Assembly: GCA_964187785.1 (NCBI GenBank)
Contig: OZ076416.1
Coordinates: 54,188,001-54,252,000, forward strand
Length of the DNA: 64,000 nt
Direction: 5' to 3'
Source: Amphiscolops sp. MND2022
Taxonomy: Eukaryota
In this document: piece by piece, positions 13,496 through 23,300 of the stretch
How positions within the stretch are numbered: the first letter of the stretch is position 1
Layout of the letters: every line of letters begins with the position of its first letter
The notes under the pieces: generated by a model
The model's database searches: none
What the model saw: only the letters and a program-made list of their open reading frames with translations
What the model was told of the DNA's origin: nothing
Position numbers and translations under genes: made by a program

Positions 13496-14510
13496 GTCCC
13501 GCTCTTTTGAAGATGAATAGGGCAGCTTCAAAACCATCTATGAACGCTCTAGAGCGGACTCCACGGTCTCTAACGGTTTCACCGTCGTAAGCTGTAGCTG
13601 CGAGATATTCTCCAAGGGTCTCCAACGCTATCTGGTCGTAAGTTTTGTTGCAATACTCGCATATTCCGGCCACATTAGGCATGACTGTTGGGAACAGCCT
13701 ACAGTTGTCTCTTTCATTGATTGGCATGTATAGCACGTTAGTACTGTGTGCTACAGCAAAGGGAAATCCGACTTGTACCATTGGATGTATTGGGACTGGT
13801 ACCCTAGATAGTATGTCCGGAACTCCACGTGGAGGAAGTTGAACCACTGAGGGGGTTGTGTTTGACACAGGTGCCCTCTGGATCTCATTGTAATTGGGTA
13901 GGATTAGCACACTCGCTTGACCCTCATCTTGGCCTGCATTCTGTGTGATGTTTTGCCCATTGTTTACACTCCTGTCCCAATGGTGAAAATCTGAGGAATC
14001 GGGATGATGGTTTGGTGGGTAGGTTGGGATTATTTGACTCGCGGCGTCAGACTGGTGTTCAGCATTTCTTGGGGTAGGTAAGATTGCTGCAGCCGGACGA
14101 CCATAGCTATTCAACCTGATATTAATATCAGGGTTTGGATTGCTTGAGGGTTCATTTTCCAGTTCCAGATCGCTATCAATAAATGAAGGGAGCGATAACG
14201 GAGTTGACGGCAGATCTTCTTCAACTAAGTCCATTAGTTCCCTTTCAATTCTCGTTCCTCGGACGTCTATTGTATCCTGAGTAGACATTTCGTTTTCTCC
14301 CGTGGGGAACAATAATGCTGTGGTAGCCCCCATAAATGCAGTCATGGAGTCTTCTTCTGTCGTATTCACCCTGAACCTGTCCAGCAATTGAGGAACATTT
14401 CCAGGTTCGACGATGAATTCGCTATCTGAATTGCTTGAAATATCGATAACGTCGGGTGACAGAGGCGAGTACAGGGTATCTTCTTCTATGGCAAATTGCA
14501 AGTTATTCAT
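13452..14510 (-). CDS. Accessory ORF3 (352 aa), sense to gag-pol: acidic/P/S/N/Q-rich N-terminus, C-terminal CxxC-containing segment; function unknown
   Basis: Uninterrupted ATG-initiated ORF; CRLFPTVMPNVAGICEYCNKTY motif; last 14 codons plus the stop lie in the 3' LTR; no signal peptide or TM segment seen. Confidence 0.8.
   Translation of the reverse strand: MNNLQFAIEEDTLYSPLSPDVIDISSNSDSEFIVEPGNVPQLLDRFRVNTTEEDSMTAFMGATTALLFPTGENEMSTQDTIDVRGTRIERELMDLVEEDLPSTPLSLPSFIDSDLELENEPSSNPNPDINIRLNSYGRPAAAILPTPRNAEHQSDAASQIIPTYPPNHHPDSSDFHHWDRSVNNGQNITQNAGQDEGQASVLILPNYNEIQRAPVSNTTPSVVQLPPRGVPDILSRVPVPIHPMVQVGFPFAVAHSTNVLYMPINERDNCRLFPTVMPNVAGICEYCNKTYDQIALETLGEYLAATAYDGETVRDRGVRSRAFIDGFEAALFIFKRAGLFQPYSCTGPVVQQ
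13496..13508 (-). promoter_or_regulatory. Polypurine tract
   Basis: AAAAGAGCGGGAC immediately upstream of the 3' LTR TGTTCC on the minus strand. Confidence 0.8.
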
Positions 14511-15329
14511 CTTGTGGATTCTCGAGAAGTTTCAATTTGGAATATTATTTGCAAGTTTGAAAATCTGTGTTTTCAGACGACTGATTTGTGAGTTTGTGGA
14601 GACCAAATGGTGTCGGTTATTTCGCTTTCTTCTTTCCAAGGCAAGGAAAACCCGCGAAAAAATTGCTTGTCATGGTCTGATCTCCCAAATCCCCTTATAA
14701 GGGTTTCTTTCAGGCTTCTGATCATGAGACACGTGGATGATATTTCGTAAACAAATTCCTTTTTAGGTGTTCCAGTTTTCTACATCACCTTATTTCCTCT
14801 CATCAGCGTCTTCCACACCGTTTCATCGGAGTTTTAAATGATACGTAAACAAATTTAACCTAACATCAAAGTAGAAAGAACGAAAATGTGATTTACAAGA
14901 TGTGCCTAGTTTCTGAAACTAAAATATATTTATCTGGAATTGCATGACTGGAAGCAAAGAAGATACAAATCATTAAAAAAGGGGTTCATATTAGTCAAAT
15001 CATGTTCTAAAAAAGCTTTAGCTGTAAGAAGCGTTTTGTTTTGTTTTAGTCCCGCACTTGAAAAGTGCGTATGGTTCTGTTTTTCCATATGATTTCAATG
15101 GAACAAGTGAAATTTAGGATAAAATTACATAAAAGAGTTTCTGACTGAGATATCACATTGATGTCCCAATGGCACCTTAAATCTCGTTCGAAAAAAGCAA
15201 TGAATGCATACATTCTATGCATATTAATAACATCAGAAGTTCATTTGTGATAATTAACACGTAGTTTCTTTAGTTTGTTACGTAATAATGATTCATTCAC
15301 ACAATATTAACATTGGTTCATCTCTGTGG

Positions 15330-15500
15330 ACACATACAGCGAGAACCGCAGGGTGGCGAGTATACGTCATTGCTCAATCCGTATAATGCCGCATAGTATT
15401 CAGCTGGCAATTCCGCGTACTGCCGCATACTCATCACTGCAATTCCGCATACTGCCGTATGCTCGTCTCCAGTCGATCCGCATACTGCCGCATGCTCTCG
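15330..15500. repeat. Degenerate CCGCATA-motif tandem repeats in the internal spacer
   Basis: Repeated ccgcatactgccg / ccgcatagt; similar to LTR sequence near 13000-13170. Confidence 0.65.
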
Positions 15501-15902
15501 CTTACTAAATCGTTCCAATCAGCATAGAAACGATGAGAATGAATACACATTGCTTTCAGATGTCATAATGAGTCAATCAATCACGCTGGCAGACGTAATT
15601 GACGTATGGACAGCCAATCAAATTGCAGTATTCTCCACGCATATTTGCGCTCAATCATTTCATTTGCTCTTTTGCCTTCTTTTGTTACATTAACGCCACG
15701 CCTTTATTGCATTTTATCAATTGAATTGTTTCATTTGTCAGAATAGTCTTACTAGTCAAAATTGGTTTTGTTGCAGATCAAACTCCTCATCTTTCCTCTT
15801 TAGCTCTTAGTTTTCTTCGTCGCTTTCAGTGCAGACCCACGCCCTTATCTTCATTCTGATTCCCTTTAACAAGATCTTTCTTCATTTGCAAATTTATATG
15901 AG

Positions 15903-18900
15903 ATGGACCCAACTCAGAAGACAGAATTATCTGGGAAACGGAGGACGCGAAAAGACCAAGTTCCCCATTTTCGAGGCGGAGCTAGAGATTACAATCCTTC
16001 CTTCCGATACAACACAGGTTGGTTCGATTTGTTTCTCAGAATTTAACTCGATAAGTTTCATTCAGAGTGAATTTTTGATCCCTGTCAAGCTGGCCAGGCT
16101 TGCAGCTGAAAGTGATCTAGATATTCCGACCAGATTCAGAATTTTTTCGAAACGTTTCCGTTTCTAATTTCTAAGTGACTTCCGCTTTCTCTATTCATTT
16201 CCTGTCCCCGCGTCCGGATTCAGTCAATTTTTAACTTCCGTCACTTGACATAGTTTTTATTTTTTCTTGTTTATCAACAAGGTAGCGTGTTTTAGATGAA
16301 CCAGAAGCTCCAGAAACTTCTCCAGCTAAATCGCCTGCCAAATTTTATACTTCGTTGGTGTCCACTTCTCCAGCCACACCACGAGTCCGTCCCGGGACAA
16401 AAACACCCAGTACCCCAGGTCTTCAAATCGACGAGGGGATAAGAGTAGAGGTTGATCGCAGCTCAATTATTCCTGAGGCCTCTCCTCCAAAATCAACAAG
16501 TTCCCGATCTCGTTCAGGAAAGGATTCTTCAAACTCAAGGCCCACAAGTCCACAACCACCCACGACTCCTACCCGCAACATGGATAGTTCGGTCCATATG
16601 TTAGACCACGAGGTATACAGGGGGTTTGAGATGCCAGGTACTTCACGAGTTGAGCCGACCCACTTTGATCAGTTTCTTGGGCAGGCTGCAGATGAGATTC
16701 CCAATCAAATCATTTCCTCGACTGTTGAACACTGTAATTCGCAAGACATCGACCTAGTAGAGGTCCCCCATGAAGCTGTTGCAGCAGGTAGTTACCCCGA
16801 CACGTCTCAACCCAGCCTTAGCATTACGAGGCAAGAGATTCTCACTTTGACGAGTGTCTTGGAGCGTATCCCCCAAACTTACCTGGTAGGGGAAGAGGTT
16901 GATCCCAACCGGTCTTTGTCTCTCATGATTGTAGACGAAAACGCCTTACCCCCATTGATAGCTTCTTCAAGCCAAGATGACACTCCTGCGCAGGCTACCT
17001 CCGAAGTAGCACAAGTTGTTGTCAATACCGGGAATCCCATAGCAAGTGGGAAAAGACGTAGGCCCAAGTATTCCCTTACAGGGTCAATGTTCAGGAAACA
17101 CCCTGTATTGAAATTTTCAGCCACTGGCCCCTTGGACCGGGACGACACCTTACAAGTGGTGGTGTAGGGTGTGTAAGACTGAACTCTCTTTGATTAGTCG
17201 GGGAAGCCTCGATTAATGTCCCATTATCGTTCAGAGTCGCACCTAGTCAAAGAACATCGCATCCGTATGGAGGTGCCTGGAATGTCTTTATTTGACAAGG
17301 ACGAAAAAGAACTGCTTGGACTTTCTTTGCAAGAGGCCAAAAAGAAAGCTAAGGATACGTATCCCATTGCACCACAATTGGATCCTTGCCGCCCATTAGT
17401 CGGACAAGACTCAGTGCCTGACCAGCGCAGCCAGTAGTCCCACTGCCAAAATTCTTTCTCAAATTACCGTTCTTGAATTTGGACTTCGCCATGGAGGGCA
17501 CATAAACAGTCTCACTGGCATTTACGATGAACTTGTGAGGTTCAATTCTATGAGTCACTTGAGTACCCAGAATTGGAGCCAGGAGCGTCTTTTCGTTAGT
17601 ATTTGTCATTGTTGCGTATTTCTTTTTCTTTCGACTTTGGGGCATACTTAATTGATGTTCTTGTTTTAGGGGATAGTGGTACACCTGTTCCGTGAACTGA
17701 TGGCCTACTGTGTGACAATGGTTAATTCTTCGGGATTTTACTCATTAGCATTACAACACACTCCTACAGCCTCTTTCATAATCTTGAATTTCTGGTCGGG
17801 CAATGTGTTCCACAGAGTCTGCCTTGGTAGCACTCCACGAGGGATGTTACTCCCCCATAGGATCCTAAATTTCATTTCATCCTTCTTGTGTCTTTTTGAA
17901 ACCTTCCCGACATGTGTCGCTGTTATCAATGTTGGAGACAAATTGGGCGACTGCTTATCTACCTGTCTCCCTGGAAAACAACAGCCTGCTAACATTCGAA
18001 CCTTCAACCCAGAGGAGTTTGAGCGAAGCCTTTCAGTCCCCACCGCCCAAATCATAGAGCGACATGATTTCCGGACTATCCTAGATTTCTTGTTAATGAA
18101 ATTGCGCACTGCTCTTGACATGGATTGGCTGAAAAAACTACCCCTTCTTCACAAGGTAGACCTCATATTGTTTCTTTCAAGTAATCGTATAGAGTAGTTA
18201 TCCCATTCCATTTCCTTTAGAGTGTAATTCGCTTGGAGTATTCTCTCGAGGAAGCATCTTCCATCATCGAAATCTTGTCAAACAGTTGGGACCATGTCAA
18301 GGACCATTTGAACAGAGTCGCCCGGCTTCCGGTCTACCGATTCCATATGCGAGAGGTTATACCACATCCCAAAATTCTTTCTATTGAATCAGGCTCCGGG
18401 TATTCCGGTTCTCCCTTTTCATCATGATCTTTTCGTTTCAGCCAAACACTTTGGATGAGTGTTTTCGACTCGACACTGCCTACTTGGCACGACTCTTCGT
18501 TATAAGATATGTCATCGATCACTGTTAGTTGTTTTCTTTGTTGCTATCAACATAACATTTTGACAGGTTTCGGTATTCTACCTCCTTTTCCATACAGTAC
18601 CTCTTGTACTTATCCCCCTGATCTGTATAGTACTTCTCACACACATGTGTTGCTTGAACACTCATGTAAATGTCCGATTATGCTAATTCCGCACAATGAC
18701 GTATGATCAGTACGTCTTGTTTCGTATAGTGACGCATAGTTATCCCCACTACTAGTGGTGGTAAAATATATACTTAATCATGCTAATTCCGCATAGTGAC
18801 GTATAGTCACCACAGCTTGTTCCGCATAGTGACGCATAGTCGCCACAGCTTGTTCCGCATAGTGACGCATAGTCGCCACAGATTGTTCCGCTCGATCACG

Positions 18901-20165
18901 TATAAGTTCAAATCTTTCGAGGTGAGAACTTATATCACTAATGCATTTCTGCACGTGACGCGTATTGTAACTTTTACCAAAAGTTAACATTCACTTGTTC
19001 TGATTTATTCTTTTATACTAATGGTAACAAACATCATTTTGTTTGGTATGTTTTAGACAATTCTGCATTCTCTGAAGTCCAGTCAAATGTCGAGGGCGGC
19101 TTCCGATTATTCAATCAATTTTCGGTATTCATTTATAGCCAGCTCCAGAGTATCTTGCCTGATGCTACACTAGGCAGCGTTTCTGATTGGGATGGGTTCC
19201 TACAGTTGGATTTGAACCAGCCAGAACTCCCTTTCAAATCAGCAGATGAGTATGTCCTAAATGAGGATTTTCACCGACTTGTTGTCGCAAGCAAACTGCC
19301 GCGCCCAAGCAAATTTGTAGACCAGTCCATCGCGTTCGGGAAGGCCTTGTGTAAACAATTGATGGAACATGAGATCGTCAATTCTGGTCTCGTTAAGGGT
19401 TTGTCTGCCTTCGATCCTGCGGTAATTCTTGATGGACCCGAAAGCCACTACATCACTGCCATAGAGAAATTGTCTAGTCATTTCGTTTCTATGAAGCTGA
19501 TTACTTCGAGTGACAAAGCGAAGGTGACAAGTCAATACCGTTCCTTTGCCATTAAACTGCGGTCCGAAGCAATCCCGGCTTATAGTGATTGGATTCACTT
19601 CCTTTCAGCTCATCACGAGATCCAATGTCGACCTGAGTTGTTTCGTCTATATAAGCTCTCCTGTCTATGTTTGCCCCCTCTTGTAGACATACCTCCGGAA
19701 TTCACTGTCCCAATGCCCAAGTTAGCTGTTGATGCGGAGATGTTTGATTCATGCCTTAGAAGTCTCCAAATGTCGTATTCAACAGTTCCTCACGTGTCCA
19801 GTTTATACAAGGGTCCGAAGTCCGTGTGCAGAGTCTTCCGCCTGTTGGGTCGTGGATCCGATCTACTAGTGGACAAAAAGTTTTCCGTCTGGAACTTCTT
19901 AAAAGGAAGTGGTCCTCGTCGGACTGCAATGTTGGGAAAAATGGAGGCTGAATACCGAAAGGCAGTTCTACATTACGACAGGCCAGTGGTCACTTCAAAC
20001 ACTACTACTCCCAGTGTTAGCCGGGCAAGTAGCACACACAGCACTCCATCTCCTGATTTGTCTTTGGGCAGAGTTAATGTGTCGCTTAGTCGCTGTGCTA
20101 ATGTATCCCCAGAGGGTACTGTGAAGAAAAACAATACCAAAATTGTGAAGGGCAAGAAAAACTAG
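15903..20165 (+). CDS. Antisense spliced gene (~1070 aa): S/P-rich N-terminus, BED-like zinc finger, inactive hAT-transposase-like domain. Exons 15903-16017 (tentative), 16296-17594, 17670-18155, 18221-18355, 18442-18523, 19057-20165. Three frameshifts in exon 2.
   Basis: Five GT-AG introns whose phases all join the ORF fragments in frame; YKWWCRVCKTELSL...MSHYRSESH finger; SSGFYSLAL...RVCLG and PELFRLYKLSCLCLP resemble hAT/DUF4371-type transposase segments (recalled similarity, not searched). Confidence 0.75.
18787..18890. repeat. 33-bp tandem repeat (~3 copies) in intron 5 of the antisense gene
   Basis: ttccgcatagtgacgcatagtcgccacagcttg starting at 18787, 18820 and 18853. Confidence 0.9.
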
Positions 20166-20388
20166 TCCTTTGTTGTTGTTTGTATCTTCTTAAACTGTCT
20201 TTATTACTTCTTTGTTTGTATAATCCTTTGATGTTTGGTTGTATTTATTCTAGCATTATTTATTCTGTTAGCAGAAAAAGAGAAGTCCAAAAACTATGCG
20301 TTATAACGCATGACTAAGAAGGAAGATAAAAAGATTTCTCTGCAAGTGTTTTCTAGTATGTGATTGAGATGAAGTTTAGAAGTTGTTT

Positions 20389-23300
20389 TTAATATCTGTA
20401 TGTGTCAGAGTAGTTTGGGTTGGGATTAGGGCGTAAGTTGTACTTTTCACCACGGGTATTTATGGGTTCTTCTTGCGATGGGGTATTTTGGGAATTTTCT
20501 GGGGTTTTCTGAATATCATTGTCTGTTGAAGTATTTGTATCTTTTTGGGTTTTTTGGGTATTATTATCATTTTCTTCATTTACTTGTTGTGGAGTTTCGT
20601 CATCATGATTTTCATGGTTTTGATCTTGTTCAGTGGTCTGTTCCACTGGGCTCCCCCCACTATTTTTTGAAATTTCGAGGGAGGGAGGGTGGTTATTTTC
20701 GGGTGATGTAATGGGCAGGTATTCAATATCTTCGATATTTTGTGAGTACTCTGGAGGGTTGTCCTCAAACGGGTTGGGGCCGAAATTTGTATTCCAAGAT
20801 TGAGCATATAGATCATCTTGCGTTATCGGCAGTTGGTCATCTTTCTGCCAATCAGTTTCTCGTACGAAAATGTCTGCGAGGGGAGCTTGGGGGGTAAACT
20901 TCCTCAAGCGAATTCGATGCAGAAGTTGCGTCTTGTTAGTTCCTAAGCGTCTAACTATGTAGTTATTGTTAGGGAGGACTTTTTCAACTTTATATGGACC
21001 TTGCCATCTAAATTCTCGAAAAGGTATCTTTGTTGCCTGGGTATCCGCCTTCGGGTTTAGGACGTAACAATAATCCGTTGTTTCAAGTGGTGATGCCTTT
21101 GCTTTCCTATCATAATATGCTTTGTATTTGAGATAGGATTGCATTATGTTCTTTTTGGTTTGGTCAAGCAGTATTTTCATTCTTCTTTGTACTTCCTCTG
21201 CTACATCTGTATGTGGTAGGTATTTTGGGTTAGGGTTGTATCCAAGCTTGTAATCGAGTATGTTATGGGGTATTCGCCCATGAAATACTCGTGAAGGCTC
21301 ACAACCCAGTGTTGCATGGTAAGTAGTGTTGTGGTTTAAGACTGCTAGCGGGAGAAACCTATGCCAATTGTTTCGAAATTCCCCCGTGGCAGCTTTAAGA
21401 TGCGTTTTCACTGATGCATGAGTTCTCTCTAGGATTCCAATGGTTTGAGCGTGTTTCATCGTTGCATGCTTGAGCTCAATTCCTAGAACTGCGGCTACTT
21501 CATGTGTGACTTGGGCATTAAATTGGGTGCCCAAATCCGTAATGATTGTGGTTGGTAGATATGTGTGTTTGCAGAGGATATCCATTATTACTCGGGCTAC
21601 AGCAGAAGCTGTAATGCGTGTTACTGGGTATGCAAACAAATACCTTGAAAAAACGTCTATCGCTGTGATTATGTGGTCATAGCCTCCACTTGGAGGGAGA
21701 TTGGGTAGGATGTCCATTTGAAGAATGTCTTCTGGACCAAGGTCCCATTCTGGACAGTTGAGAAGTTCAGTTCTGAGAAGATCATTGTTGATCCGTTTGG
21801 TTTGTATGCAAGTTTGGCAATTGGTGACCCATTTTTTGATGTATTTAGCGATACATGAGTAATAGTACTTTTGTCGGGCTTCTTGAATCATCTTCGTAAT
21901 ACCTGGATGGTTTGAGTTGTGACCATGTAGGGCTTGAAGAAATTCTTCTAGAAGTTGAGCCGGAAGTAGTATCTGGTAATGTGAGGTGGTCCCCGTGTCG
22001 GTATAGTACCTGCGGGTGAGAACTTCTTGTTTGATTTCAATTCTAGCAATATTTTGAAGATAATGGTGGTATCTATAGTCAGATGCCAACTCGTGTTCAT
22101 CAAAAGGATGTCCTTCTATTTTTGCTCGTAAATTTCTGAGTACAATATCGTTGTTTTGTTCTAAACGAATCTTCGCATTGTCTCGGAAGTGACCTTCCGA
22201 ACAAGTGTTTAAACCAGAAGTAGGTTTATGGAATTGTTGGAGTTCGGTTATGTTATTTTCTGGTTCATTGTGTGTCTCGTTTTGAGCTTGGTCTCGGATG
22301 TTCTGCTTCTCTTGCCATAATTGGTTTTCATCTAGTTCATCATCGGGGAGGATGTAAATCTGCTCTTCTTCTACGATCCCTGATGATTGTATGTTGACTT
22401 CAATTGCTTTAGTGTTGATGTCATTTCGAATTGTCAGTTCAAGTTTTTCAACTGGATTGACTTCGGCGCGTGAGAGGAAGTCAGCTGCAGTGTTCATTGA
22501 TCCCGCAACGTGGGCGATTACAAAATTATATTGTAAAACATAATCGCATGCATTCCAAAGTGCCGGTGGGATAAGTTTTGCTTGAAAAAATCGGGTTACT
22601 GATCTGTTATCGGTGAACACAATTACAGGGAATGTGCTTCCCCACATGAGGTGTCCAAATTCACCAAAGGCAAAATATATGGAAAGGAATTCCTTGGCAT
22701 ATATAGACATTTTTGTTTGTGTCGGGTTAAAAGTTTTGGAACCAAATGCTATGGGAGCGTATGTTTTGCGTTTTGATTGCAGTTTTTGGTTCGGGTCGTC
22801 TTCTATCATAATGGCATATCCCGCAGCAGTAAAGCTGGCATCGGACATGATTATGAGCTGTTTGTCTTTGAGGGGTTGTTTCAATGCCAATTGGCATGAA
22901 TTTTCGAGGAGTTTATTGAGGTTGATGAAATCCTCTACTAAGTTTGTTGGCACATAGAATTTGGATGTTTCCTTGAGAAGTTTAAAGAACGGAGACAGCC
23001 GTTCTGAGAGTCGTGGAATGTAGTTGCGATAGTAGTTTAGGAAACCTATATATCGCTGGAGGGCTTTTTTGGATTTAGGAAATCTGAGTTTAGACAGAAA
23101 GTTTTTGACTTTTTCTGCTTGCGGGGCGACTCCTTCAGGTGTGATTGTGCGTCCCAAGAAGTCAACTTGTTTGACGCCAAAGTGGCATTTGGACATCGTA
23201 AGTTTGAGGCCAGCATTTCTGATGCATTCGAACACTGTTCTGATGTTGGCGCATAGTTGCTGGGCATTATTTGCAGCGATGCCAATGTCATCCACGTATT

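Noticed and set aside
13452-14510. ORF3 as a retroviral env
   Set aside because: No signal peptide, furin site or transmembrane anchor visible
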